Positions 1 to 12,746 of a stretch of DNA of 64,000 nucleotides are shown piece by piece. The translations under genes were made by a program, and so were the position numbers. Each line of letters begins with the position of its first letter. Position 1 is the stretch's first letter. Under the pieces are notes generated by a model. It made no database searches. It was not told the DNA's origin and was given only the letters and a program-made list of their open reading frames with translations. The DNA comes from Chiloscyllium plagiosum (Eukaryota), in NCBI RefSeq assembly GCF_004010195.1, contig NC_057751.1:10348589-10412588 (forward strand), written 5' to 3'.

Positions 1-1034
1 ACTAGGTGCTACATCCATCTCTCATCTGCACCATGTGCCAACAGCTTACTGCATAGAGAGCAGTCAGCCATGTATCAGAAAATCTTAGGCCTGAATTATG
101 CAGATTTTTTTGGCGAAGGCCAAGTTGCAATCAAATTTTTGGAACAATTCTTCCTGCAAGTTCAAGTGAGTTCTCTTGCTTTGTCTTAACAAATTGCCTC
201 ATTAATTATCTACCCTGACACTATGACATCTCTCAAGCCTGATTTCCACCCATCTGACCATATTTCCATAACGATTTCCTACTTCTCGAATCTTAGAATT
301 CACAAGTATCCCTTGTGACCACACCATCTTTGAAAGCCTGTTATGAATCCAGATGAGCACTGTCATTCCAGAGTTGCTGTACACCATTCCTGACATTTGC
401 CCAGAAATAGCAGACAGGAATCAGCAACCCTTTTGCAGGAAGGTACCTGAACATCCTGTAAGACTTGGTAATACACAGGCAGACTTTCTCTTTTGCCAGG
501 ACCAGAATTAGAGGCAGCTACCCTTGTCCATGCCAGCCTGATCTGAGGTACCATCTGGGTGAAAGCAGTCTCAGTTATCTGGAGGAATGCTCAGCACTGT
601 TGGAGTACGGTCTTTGTCCTTCTCCACTCTGCCAGGGTAAGGTCCACCATGTTGTCTCTGATACTTCACCTCCAATTGAGGTTGTAGTAAATCCTGTTAA
701 ATAAACTAAAGGCAGCGTGAGTATTACTCTCTGCACTTAACAGCTGTGGAAGAGAGTGCGCACGAGAGAAACAGCACGGTTTTGTTTTACAACACTGTGC
801 TCTGCATTTAATTTATAGGTTACAATGAGAATTAAGTGTAGTTTGAAAGACACACTAGCAGACTTGGTCCAAACATAGACAAAGAGATGAGATGAACATG
901 CCTTTCATTACAAGGCAGCTTAAACTGACTATGGCATCAAGCACCCAGCAAAATAAGGGTGAAAAGGAAACCTCTCTGCTGGTTAGGATTCATTCTAAAC
1001 ACAAAGGAAATTGGTAGGTCGTGGTTCTTGAAGG

Positions 1035-1248
1035 AGAAAGTGAGGACTGCAGATGCTGGAGATCAGAGCTGAAAATGTGTTGCTGGAAAAGCGCAGCAGG
1101 TCAGGCAGCATCCAAGGAACAGGAGAATCAACGTTTCGGGCATGAGCCCTTCTTCAGGAGAAGGAGGGCTTATGCCCGAAACGTTGATTCTCCTGTTCCT
1201 TGGATGCTGCCTGACCTGCTGCGCTTTTCCAGCAACACATTTTCAGCT
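1035..1248. mobile_element. Fold-back (palindromic) mini-element made of two inverted PLE termini, with 14-bp TSD
   Basis: Near-perfect inverted arms of about 85 bp (agctgaaaatgtgttgctgg...gccct / agggc...cacattttcagct). Flanked by gtggttcttgaagg at 1021-1034 and 1249-1262. Confidence 0.85.
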
Positions 1249-1369
1249 GTGGTTCTTGAAGGTCAGCCATCTCAGTTCAAGATCATCAATGCAGACATTC
1301 TTCAGCATTGTGTCCTTCAATCTTCAGCTACTTCATCGATGACCTGCTCTCCAGAAGTGGGGATATTTG

Positions 1370-1920
1370 TTAATGAATGCACAAGGTTCAGGACTTTTTG
1401 CAACTACTCAGATATATCAGCAATCCATGTTCAGATGCATCAAGACAGGGCAGTGTTCAAGTTTAGGCTGACAAATGCCAAGCAGCATTCATGCCATACA
1501 AATGCAAGATGTTTGTTCGCAATAAGTCATAATTAAACTATCTCTCCTTGACATTCAGCAGTTTTATATCACTGAATCTCTGACTACCCTGGGGGTTACC
1601 CAAAACCAGAAGCTGAACCTGACCAGCCAGATAAATAATGTGGTTGCAAATAAGTCAAAGGATTGGGACTCTATGGTGTATAACTCACCTCCTGCCTCCC
1701 CAAATCCTGTCCACCATTGACAAGCCTCAAGTCAAGAATATGACTTGTGTAATTGAGTGCAGTTCCACTGACGCTGGAGAACAGAAGATGCCACCCGAAA
1801 CAATGCAGTATCCTTGATCGACACCCATCCACCACCTTCAACATTCACTTCCTTCACTACTGATATACAGTGAGCAATATCTACAATGTGCACTGACATA
1901 CTTGCCCAGCATTTCCCAAA
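1370..1920 (+). mobile_element. Decayed CR1-clade LINE 3' fragment
   Basis: Degenerate CR1 RT C-terminal sequence (ccaaatcctgtccacc...caagcctcaagtcaagaatatga; acacccatccaccaccttcaacattcactt). Confidence 0.55.
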
Positions 1921-2040
1921 CTAGATTGGATTACTTACAGTGTGGAAACAGGCCCTTTGGCCCAACAAGTCCACACCAACCCTCCGAAGAGCAACCCACC
2001 CAGACCCATTCCCCAACATTTACCCCTTCACCTAACACAT
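1921..2040 (-). mobile_element. HE1-like SINE, 3' fragment
   Basis: Matches the tail of the full copy at 4905-5204. Confidence 0.75.
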
Positions 2041-2789
2041 ATTATGAGTGAAGAAAACAAAATAGCGTTCCTGCTGCTACTGAATAACTCATAAATCTTT
2101 CTCTGTTAGCTAACAGAGCCAGTATATGGAATTCGTCCACTCAAAACAATCTCCCATCTGACCACACAGACAGGCAATATCCCAAGAAAAACATGTATCA
2201 ATGGAATGTTTATGTTGATGTGTGGGGAATCAGATGGAAATCCTTTGAGTAAGATCATGTGAATCATATCAGTTATATACAGGAAATGTAATTCATTTAG
2301 GACTGCAGTAGAAGTTTTGCTACAGTTTCAAAAGTTTTGGCAAGTCTTTCATACTTTGCCCATGTGGCCATTCTTCAGGTGAAAGGTATCACTGCTGAAT
2401 CTGCACTTGTGCTCATCTGATTTCGATATGAAATTTTCATCAGATTTTCTGCTCAAACACTTCCATCTCTCCATTTCCCTATCCTCAAAAACGACCCTTC
2501 CAAAAGCCAAGCTTAGTGATCACATTTTTGCTCATTCTTTTTAACAGCTTCCCTGACAGAGATCAGTTCTGATGCTTATGTCTCAATGAAACTTCTCAAG
2601 TGATTTTCTAATAAATTGTTTGCAAGTTGCAAATAGGGTGGAAATAAAACAGTAATTTTACTTTGTTTTTGCATTGAAAATAAACCTCTTTGTGCCACAG
2701 CACTGGGCCTCTGAGGCAATATTGTAGAATCAGTTCTTAATATAGTCTTGAAGCAGGAGTGTCCTACTGATAAAAGATGTGGAGGAGCC

Positions 2790-3030
2790 GGTGTTGGACT
2801 GGGGTGGACAACATTAAAAATCACAAAACACCAGATTATGGTCCAATGATTTATTTGGAAGCACTAGCTTTCGGAGCGCCGCTCCTTCATCAGGTAGTAG
2901 TGGAACAGGACTATAAGACACAGAATTTATCGCAACTGAAATGATATATTGAACACCTAGATTCTTGTTAAGTCTTTCATTTTTTAGATTGGGTTGCACG
3001 TTTCAGTTCACTACTATGTAAATCCCAATT
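2790..3030 (-). mobile_element. PLE terminal-repeat fragment (second family) carrying a hammerhead-like motif
   Basis: Same family as 62130-62772. The minus strand has tacCTGATGAaggagcggcgctccGAAAgctagtg at 2862-2896. Confidence 0.6.
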
Positions 3031-4139
3031 TGTGCAATACTCTTTAGCAGGGAAGGTTCAGTCAGTGAGGAGTGTGTGTGTCTGTGGTTAAATAGTCTGA
3101 ACAGTGTTCTGATACTTCAGGCATTCCGTTGACATGTTTCTAAGTGACGGATGATGTGCAAGCTTTCAGGAGTTAATGTATGGTCTATTCACATTCAGCT
3201 GCAGGATTTCTCGAGGAAAGCAGATAGTATGTGCCAGAAAGCACCATACAGATGTGACCTGATATATTGGACATATGACTACAACTACATGGTATTTAGC
3301 TGCAGCCTCTCACATATTACAATTGATATTTAATATCGAGCACTTCAGTAGTTTTGACCTTGCTGACCGAGGATTTGCCATTAGTACAATACAAGAACAT
3401 TTTGAACCCTTTGACATGAAGGGAGAATTAATGCACCATCTCTTCAAATTGAACTCAAATTAATCAGTCAACATACACAATTCTTCAACACCAACTCAGT
3501 ATGGGAAGATTAAAAACTTGCTAACTGTGCACAACATAAAATGTTCACACCTCGACCTGATATTGAATATTGATCCCTCTGGGCTGAGTGTTAAACGTAG
3601 ATCCTTCTGCGTCGGAGATTTAACACAAGGAGTTATGAACCTGACAGCTCTACCTTGATATCCAGATTATTAGAGCTATTAAACACCATGGAGGCATTTG
3701 AGACAATGAGAAAATAATGCTCCTGTGTTCAGTCAAGTTGCAACATGTTTGGAACATCTTTTGCCATTGGTTGTCAGGGAAAGTTGTAGTAATTATTAAG
3801 AGATTACATTGCCTACATTTATTTTTACCCAGCTGTAATCGATCTGTGTACATGAATTGAAACACTAATTCAATCAAATATTATGAGATCGTTCTGGTAA
3901 ATAAATTGGAGCAATATTTTACCCATCAGAAAACTTCCTTTGTGATATCAGTCACATGTGAAGCAACCACTGGTAGGTCCTCACTCCTCACTTACCTCAT
4001 GTGGATGAGCGCTTAATTTGACCACTGATCCTTCTCCACAACAGAAACTAAACAACCAATTGTGAAGAAGGACAAATGAACTGTTGCCAAATGTTTAAAA
4101 GCTTCCTGTTCATCTTGATGGTGTTTGTAAAATCCTGGT

Positions 4140-4890
4140 CTTGGAATTATACAGCATAGAATCAGGCCCTTCGGTCTCTCATGTCTATGATGACCATCAA
4201 ACACGATCCTGTTTACCTGCAGTTGGTCCATTGCCTACTATGCCCTAGCATTTTAAGTGTTCATACACATACTCACATGTTGCAAGATTTCCTGCCTCCA
4301 TCACCCTCTCAGCACTTTCCATATTTCAACCACGCTTGGCATGAAAAGAGTCTTCTTTGACCTCCTCAAAACTACTTAATTCCTCACCTTAAACTTGTGC
4401 ACTCTGGTTTTAGACACATCTGCCATGGGAACACGTTCTCATGATTTACCCTGTTTATGCCTCTCATAATTTTGCATCCCTCAATCAGATCCCCCCTCAG
4501 CCTCCACTACCCCAAGGGAAACAAACCTAGCATATCCAGTCTTTCCTCATAACTGAGACTTTTCATCCCAGACAATATCCTGGTGATATTCCTCTGCACC
4601 TCCTCCAGTGCAGTCACATCTTCATGATGGTGTGGCAACCAGAAATGCACAATTCTACCTGTGGCCTAACCAGTGTTTATCATGTTTGCACAAGACTTCC
4701 TTGCTCATATATTCTACACCTTGGCTGATGAAGACAAGCATCCCTTACACCTTCTTCAATTTCCTGACTACCCTTGCTGACACCCTTGTACACCTTCTTT
4801 TCTGCTCAGTATTCCCTCAGGGCCTTCTATTCATCATCTTGCATTTATCAGAATTAAATTTCATCTTCCCTTGCTCAGCTATATCTATCA
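4140..4890 (-). mobile_element. CR1/HER1-like LINE 3' fragment (old)
   Basis: Diverged homologue of the CR1 tails at 9315-9797 and 41395-42145. Confidence 0.7.
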
Positions 4891-4904
4891 GTTGTTCTTT
4901 TTTT

Positions 4905-5204
4905 TAGATTACAGTGTGGAAACAGGCCCTTCGGCCCAACAAGTCCACACCGACCCGCCGAAGCGAAACCCACCCATACCCCTACATTTACCCCTTATCT
5001 AACACTACGGGCAATTTAGCATGGCCAATTCACCTGACCCTGCACATCTTTGTGACTGTGGGAGGAAACCGGAGCACCCGGAGGAAACCCACGCAGACAC
5101 GGGGAGAACGTGCAAACTCCACACAGTCGCCTGAGGCGGGAATTGAACCCGGGTCTCTGGCGCTGTGAGGCAGCAGTGCTAACCACTGTGCCACCGTGCC
5201 GCCC
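4905..5204 (-). mobile_element. Full-length HE1-like tRNA-derived V-SINE (young)
   Basis: A box TGGCACAGTGG, B box GGTTCAATTCC, V-domain core gtttgcacgttctccccgtgtctgcgtgggtttcctccgggtgctccggtttcctccca and a CR1-like tail. CpGs are retained. Confidence 0.9.
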
Positions 5205-5369
5205 ACAAGGGCGAAGGGTGACTCAGCCTGAAATGTAAACTCTGCTTTCTACCCACAGATGCTGCCAGAACTACTTATCCAAATGTCTTTTAAACATTGT
5301 AATTGTCCCTACATCCACCACTTGCTCAGGAAGTTCATGCCACATACAAACCATATGCGTCGAAGTTCT

Positions 5370-5805
5370 TTGTACTTTTGAATGTAGTCAGTATCATAAA
5401 ATAGAAAATGTAACAGTCAGCTTGCACTTCAAAAGCTCCCATCAGTAAAGATGAAATCACCATCATCCCAGAGGATTGCTTGCTCAATAGAGAGAGATGA
5501 CTGGTGGTTGTTTAACCTGAGGGTCACCACAAAGCCATTAAATAAAATGGCCAGTCTGTTACTTGAGGGCTAAGTATTGGCTCAATATTGGGAGAACTTT
5601 GTTCATCTCCATATCCTGCTGTGGAATCTTTTATGTCCATCTGAGAGGGCAAACTCAATGTCAGTTTAGCATCTTAACCTGAACGATGGCACTTCCAACC
5701 ATGCCAAATTGACATACCAACCTTGCGTTGTTTACTGAAGTTCTGGAGTAGAACTTCGAACCACAACTTTTCGACTCAGAGATGAATGTGCAACCAATGA
5801 GCTAT
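5370..5805 (-). mobile_element. Ancient Deu-domain SINE (SacSINE1/AmnSINE1-like), interrupted
   Basis: Degenerate ggaatcttttatgtccatctgagagggca...gatggcacttcc...ctggagtagaacttcgaaccacaacttttcgactcagag resembles the Deu domain plus a tRNA head. Confidence 0.55.
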
Positions 5806-6754
5806 GTATTTTGTTGCTCTAACTGCAATTTGAATCCTCTGCAAAAACGTAGTAACTAAGTTAACACTCCGAGGATGATTCAGTGCCAGATGACAGATCC
5901 TAAAATCAGGATTCATTTTTACAGATGATTTTGATTAAATGCAAGTTGTCATTTCTGAACATAAATATGAAAGATGAAACTGATGAAGTAAGAATTATAG
6001 CAAAGCAAAGGGAAAGAGACATCTGATGGTGGTTTAACCTTAAAGTCACCACTCAGGCAAGGGGAGAGGTTGAGAAGGAACATCTTTCATGGCAACCTCA
6101 GCCAACGCAGGAATTGAACCCACAATGATGTCATTGCAAACCAGCTGCTTACATTTTAACTGACTATGTGAAACAAAATAAAACAGAATTTAGGATTGAG
6201 AAAACAGTTTTCCCATTTGTATAAACATTTGATAATGAAAGTTGAGATAAAAATCACTGAATTAAGTTTGTAAATAGATGCTGTGGGACTGGAGTTTAAT
6301 TTATGGAGAGGGACTTGTGGGCAGCACTATGGATGAACAATCTGCCTAGGCTCTTATGTATCTTATGATCTTGGTGGTTGATGATCTATTTGTATTCAGG
6401 CAGTCCATTAATTATCAAGATTCCTTCAATTTTATAAATCAGCAAGTATCATTGAGCTATTACTAGTACTACCAAATTCATGCTGACTTTTGGGGTGGGA
6501 GGGCTCTATATTTCCCAACTTAAAGCCGCTCCCACTGAGCTGAAATTTGGTTATGTTGGTTGCTAAAACACAGATCTTCACCATTACTGCTGGTCGACCA
6601 CTGAAAGGAAGTGCCATCCTACTTTTAAATGAACAGATCAGGTATTCTGATGTCATGCGAAATCCACAAAAATCAGTATAAAGTAAACCTGGGTGTGAGC
6701 TGGATGTAGGGTGAGAAAAGGTGAAATATCTCAATGTCAAGGTCTTGATGCAAG

Positions 6755-7087
6755 GGAAAGCAATGGCCTAATCTTATTATCATTGGACTATTTGTCCACA
6801 CACCCAGGACATGTTCTGGAAAATCAGATTTCAATCCTGCTGCGGGTAGATGGTGGAATTTGAATTCAATAAAATTTGGAATTAAGAGTCCAACAATGAG
6901 CATGAGTGCATTGTTGATTGTTGTAAAAGCCCATCTGGTTCACTAATGTCTTTCAGGGAAGAACACTACTATTCATACCCGGTCTGCCCTGCATGCCACT
7001 CCAGACCACAGCAATATGGTTGACTCTTAACTGCCCTCTGGGCAATTAGGTATGGGCAAAAAATATTGGCCTGTGAATGAATAAAAA
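6755..7087 (+). mobile_element. tRNA-derived SINE with CR1-type tail (related copies at about 20918-21285 and 60825-61125 on -)
   Basis: Shared body ccatctggttcactaatgtc...ccagaccacagcaat...gactcttaactgccctct and tail gtgaatgaataaaa. The head is degenerate. Confidence 0.6.
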
Positions 7088-8438
7088 CAAATGCTTTTCT
7101 GAACTTTCTCCCAATTCTGCCACTGATTCTATTCTGTAGGATAAATTTACAAAATATCATGATTAATTTGAGGCTTGGTGTCTCGTTAAATTAAAACAAA
7201 GAACCAGAAGATTTAGTTTTTCACATTTTGAAAATTGATTCCCCAGTATCAGATTATTTGAATAAATGAAATTCCCAGTGTTCGGGTATTTTTACATTTT
7301 ATATGTAATAGGGAGATTAAGTATAGAATAGCCCTCAGCACATCTGTGTCAGTCCTCAAGTGAGATTTCATGAAATTGTCTGGAAGTAAATTATGACTTT
7401 TTTTTTTGTTTGGGCTCTGTGCCTACACCCCCCACCACAGATCCAATCACCAGCATAAATACAATCCTTTCCCAGCTGCTTTCAGTTCTGAAGAAGGATC
7501 ACTGGACTTGAAACTATAGGAAACTCTTTTCACTCTCCAGCACTCCCTGTCATTGTTTCAGAAATGTATTCAGTCCCAATATATCCCTGCTTTAGGCCCA
7601 ACAGCATTTGGGAGATGTTTTTTCAAGTACTTACTCTTAACTCTTTGACCTATGCACTAATTGTGTGGTGTTTAGATAGGGGTGAGGGTTAATGTAAAAT
7701 TTTCTGTCCCCTGTAGGAGATGGAAACAAGTCATGATGAGGTTTACCTTCACAAAATATTCATGCATATGTAAAGGTACTCAACAACATGGGGTAGCACC
7801 AGGAAATGTAGTCGGTGTGATAAATCCTACAATCTTTGTCATAATTTCACTAGAGGGGTTATCAGAGGACTCATTTTCATCAACAAATCATCTTTGAAAA
7901 TTTCAAACATGATAAAATGTTTCATCATTAGTTTCTTTTTACTTTGTCTCATACGTTGATCCCTTGCTGTATTTTATGAGTGTCACTGCCCCATCATTTA
8001 CATTCTCACATTGAATATCCATAAGTTATTTCGCTGTAGGAGGACAGCACAGCCATTAATGCCCTCACCTGACAACCTGGGCACCAGCTCCAATAGGTGA
8101 TAACTAGATAGCAATCAAAAGCACAATGCTGGACCGATCTTTGACTCTAAGCCATCGAAGAAAACAACCAGGGATCTGACATTGCTTCTTTGAACTGCAT
8201 CTCTCAGTTTCAAACTTTTACCATGAAATGCATTAAGTTTGCCAAGAGCAGCTTTGAAAATGTTCTCTGTGTCCTTAATCAATAATGTTTGAATGGTTCA
8301 GTACATCAACATATGTCAGTTGAGGTTATGCTTAAGCAGTCAGATAAGGTGCCATCCTTCATGATCTGTAATATTTTCTTGCATGCTTCCAAAACGTAAT
8401 CTCAACACAACAATCGTGTCTTGATTACAGGTATCTGA

Positions 8439-8662
8439 TGCAGTCATTGCAGCGAGGTCAGGTCAACCAGGTGGAGTTCCTAGGATCTGAGTTCCTTGAT
8501 TGGGGCTGTTAATCTGGGAGCCCTGGCTGACATAAAAAGATTGAGTGTCATAAAGACTGACCTTCAGGGACCTGACTCTGTGTGGGGCAGTATGAAAGTG
8601 AAGGACTATTCACTAAGTAAAGGGTGACTTAGTGACCGGGATAACTTTGTGGAGTTATTTCA
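8439..8662 (+). repeat. About 220-bp solo-LTR-like repeat (copy 1 of 3; also 15842-16065 and 44407-44632)
   Basis: Three homologous copies start TG(T/C)AGT and end TTCA/TTCG, with internal ttccctgattgg, CCAAT, TATAAA-like and AATAAA-like words. Confidence 0.55.
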
Positions 8663-9314
8663 TCTGCCAATTTCGCTCGAGCTACACAGACTAAGAATGA
8701 GAGCTCATCATTTTAATATGTGTTCACAAGGGATTATTGGAGCTTGCCAATGATTTTACTGGGAGCTTTGTTCCATCATGATGAGCTTTCTGTTTGCAGA
8801 TGATTGTGGGAAGAAGCAGGAATGTTGATGATTTTTGTCCTGTAATAAAACCAGCAAACTATTCTTTTGTCTCACTCTACTGATAAATCTAATAATGTAG
8901 CATTGTAGTTGAAAGTACTTGAGATCCTGCCTTGGTGGAGTCAAGTACCAAACCTCTCAGGTACATAATTATATTAATTAGTTGGTCAGATGTACATCTG
9001 TTCCAAGCATGATTTGTATTAGAGCAACTTAAAGGTAACTTACAAGTCAAATGTTGAATCACAATGAAGGATGATGTCGAACAGGTAATAACTGTGGAAA
9101 CTCTGAGTTTGGGATGATCACTCCTGGATGAATTATCTAGATGCTCTGTTTCAGATTTTGTTGTCCCAGGGCTCAGAATTCTCTTGATTGCACTTCAAGA
9201 AGGCAAGTTGTTGAGGTTTTACATCTTTAGCTGGCGATCCGTGACTCACCAGGATTTTAATTTGTGCCAATTCTGCAGTCAGATAGTAGCAGTTTTCATG
9301 TTCTGCAGTGTCAT

Positions 9315-9797
9315 AAGAGTCACAGAGATATACAGCATGGAAACAGACCATTCGGTCCTACTCATCCATGCCAACCAGATATCCCACCCCAATCTAGTCC
9401 CAGCACCCGGCCCATATCCCTCCAAACCCTTCCTATTCATATACCCATCCAAATGCCTCTTAAATATTGCAATTGTAATTGCCTCCACCACTTCCTCTGG
9501 CAGCTCATTCCATACCCGTACCACCCTCTGTGTGAAAATGTTGCCCCTTAGGTCTCTTTTATATATTTCCCCTCTCACCCTAAACCTATGGCCTCTAGTT
9601 CTGGACTCCACGACCCCAGGGAAAAGACTTTGCCTATTTACCCTATCCATGCCCCTCATAATTTTGTAAACCTCTGTAAGGTTCCCCCTCAGCCTCCGAC
9701 GCTCCAGGGAAAACAGCCCAGCCTGTTCAGCCTCTCCCCATAGCTCAAATCCTCCAACCCTGGCAACATCCTTGTAACTCTTTTCTGAGCCCTTTCA
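9315..9797 (-). mobile_element. CR1/HER1-like LINE 3' end
   Basis: ORF 9279..9659 MRGMDRVN...TRGHRFRV...FTQRVVRVWNELPEEVVEA...FKRHLD is the CR1 ORF2 C-terminus. Confidence 0.9.
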
Positions 9798-12619
9798 GTG
9801 ATTTGATCTTCTTGCCATATCACTTTTGAGCTGTTCCCAGTGCCTGTAAACAATCCATCAAGGGCTTGAACCCCTGTTTGTGACTTGCATAATGGCCAAT
9901 TGATGATAATCCTTCTTGGCTAGAAAGCAGGTGGGAAATCTGTGGTGCTGAGGGGCTCCAAAATGACATGCCAAGCAAAGGAAGTTTGGCAGCAAGGTAG
10001 CCTTTTTTGGCAGGCTTAAAAAATCCAGTGGCTGAACCAGGACAGTCTGTAGTGCTCCATGGCAGAGTTGATCAACAACTTGACTCATTGACACAAGAGG
10101 ATTTCACCTGTCATTGGGGCAAATGTTTTTCCCATTCAGCTTCAAATAGTTTGGAAGGTCAATAACTATAGATAAAAATAGTTCAGTGGGATGCTTATAA
10201 CTGCTGTGGTGCTGGTAGCCCCAGTGGTTTTAACTGGTTAGAATTCACTTGTAACAAGGCCCATACACTTTGCCAACTTGTGTCGACATTCACTGGATTT
10301 AAGATAATTGGAGTACGTTCCCACAGGCAGATAAAAACAAAATACTGTAGATGCTAGAAATCTGAAATGAATACAGAAAATGCTGGACAGTTGGCACGTT
10401 GGCAGAACCTGTGGAGAGAGAAGCAGAATTAACGTTTTGAATCTGATGTGACTTCTACAGAACTGCTGAGTCAGCAGATACATGTTGCTCTATTATTTGA
10501 CCGGATCCTGCTGGGCATCTCGCAATTCTCTGGAAATTGAAATAATTTCTGAAAGGAATAAGACAAAGAAGTGTGGATGCAGAAAATCTGAAACAAAAAC
10601 AAATTTCTGGGAGAAAGTCAGAATAAAAGTCACTGGACCCAAAATGTTAACTTTAATTTCTGAAAGGTATTGGTGTATACATAGTCTGTCGTGGACTGGG
10701 TGAATAGACATTCTTACATTCTGTTTATCTTGCTATGTTATGTCCTGAGCTTTTGTGTATTTTATGTTAGGTCTGTTGAGCATTTTTTGTTGTGTAACTA
10801 TGAGAAATTTGCATACATTCAGTATGATAAGATTGAACATAGATCAATTCAGAATAAATATTTATAAGTTTCCATGTTGAAGAGATTTAGACTGAGCTAT
10901 ATTTAAACTTTCAGTGATAGCATTGTGAGTGCTGTGCCCACTCACAAAAGGCTGAGATCACTGGTATCTGTACGTTCACATGGGATGTGGGAGCTGATTG
11001 ACCTGAACCTCGACCCCCCCAACCAGAGATCACCATCACAGAAATGCTCCAATATTCTGGCACAGGACAGAACTAAACAAGACGAATGAGATTTTGGGGC
11101 AGACAAAGTGACACTGTGCTTTGTAACTCGGATTATACGTGACAGCCGCCTCTGCAGTAAACACTGACATATTAATACTCCCACAAACAGCTTGTAAAAC
11201 TCATTTACTGAACTGACCCCTCTGAATGTTTATTTTCTGTGAGAATGATTGAACTTGGGATTGGATTGTTAGCTCTGCAGATTCTGCTTGTCATATCTTT
11301 ATCAAAGGCTAATATTAAACAAAGCCAAGGGGTCCCTTTCCAACTCGTTGCTGTTTTGCATCATGTATGAGAACTTTTCTAATTTTGGAATGCAGTGTTG
11401 CTCTTCATGTGGTATGCACATGTGCGCCCAACCATATCCTGCATTCCAGTCTTTCGATACACTAATGTTGTTCTTTTTCTCTCAGGACAATTATTTTGTG
11501 CTGAGTTTTGGTTTTGAGTGAGACCGTTCTGAGAAGGTCGTTGAGTATTGCTTCAATTTTATACTAGATGTGGATCGTTTACAGTTCAGGCAAGGTGACA
11601 GATTGTTGTCTCCCTTGAGGAGACATTCATACTTGTGGAACAATGTAACTCGTCACTGGCCCATTTTACAATGAACTAGTTGTAATGAAAGGTGACGTAT
11701 TCATCACATTAATTACATGGCTCCATCAACATTTGAAGGCCAGATTTTTATTATCCGCATGTTATCCACCCTTTACTTAAAATGGTTCAGGGGTTCTAGT
11801 TGCAAATATAGCAGTAGTGTTTTCATTTACGGACACTTCTGCCGTATATTTGTGCTGAATCATGCTTTTTGGTTCCTTTAGAAACAAATATTGAATTTTT
11901 GACTTTGAGAGCCTATGATGGCTGAGAATATGTTAAAGCTTGCATTTGGTGCTGGGGTTTAAGCTACATTATTTACTGTGTGAGGACATTCTGCTGTTAC
12001 TCCTGATAGTTTCCAGCACCTCATGGATGTCCTGTTTTGATTTGCTGAATCTTTTCAAAATCAAGCTCAAGGAGTACAATGCTGATGTCACACAACACAC
12101 TGAAGGGTATCTACAGTATGACGATGAGATGATGTCTTCACAAAGACTGTGCGGTGGTCATTCATACAAATGCTGTCACAGTCAGGTGCATCTGCAGAAG
12201 GCAGATGACTGAGGATGAGGTATGTTTTTGCCTCTTATTAATTGCCTTGGCATCTGCCAAGACTTCCCAGCTCAGTCAGTAGTGGTTTTGCCGTAGCTTG
12301 ACCAGTTTGTGAGATGACTGTCTTAACTTTAAGCCTTAATTTCCATGTGCTAATAAGGAGGACTTTCCAGGATCAACAGGGCTGAGTTTGCTAGTGTCAT
12401 TTCCAACTTACCTGGATCGGTGCGAGGTGGTCAGTCCAGTTTCTTTCCTTTGAGTCTTGTTGGAGGTTTGATCCAACTGAATGGCATGCTTTGTTAGTGT
12501 AGAGGATAGTTCAGAGTCAACCACATTGTTGTATACCTGAAGTCAACTATAAGACAAATCAGAGAAGCAAGGCAGATTTCCGACCCAAGTAAACCAAGTA
12601 GATTTTTATAACAAGGAGA

Positions 12620-12746
12620 AGAAAGTGAGGATTGCAGATGCTGGAAATCAGAGTTAAGAGTGTGGTACTGGAAAAACACAGCAGGTCAGGCAGCATCCGA
12701 GGAGCAGGAGAATCATCGTTTCGGGCATAAGCCCTTTCCTGATGAA
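12620..12746 (-). mobile_element. PLE terminal fragment inserted in an older SINE
   Basis: gaaagtgaggattgcagatgctgg...tttcgggcataagccctt, the same family as 1035-1248. Confidence 0.75.

Noticed and set aside
1035..1248. Palindromes as pre-miRNA genes or DNA-transposon MITEs
   Set aside because: The arms are identical in kind to termini attached to RT/GIY-YIG-bearing PLEs in this window, and the TSD lengths vary (12-16 bp), unlike the fixed TSDs of DNA transposons.
1021..1536. 171-aa ORF
   Set aside because: Reads through the PLE palindrome into CR1 debris; not a gene.
3990..4050. Possible small minus-strand exon ending GAG|gtaagt
   Set aside because: Moderate acceptor, no recognisable peptide and no partner exons.
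5130..5204. tRNA-like sequence
   Set aside because: It is the tRNA-derived head of an HE1-like SINE, continuous with the V-domain and LINE tail.
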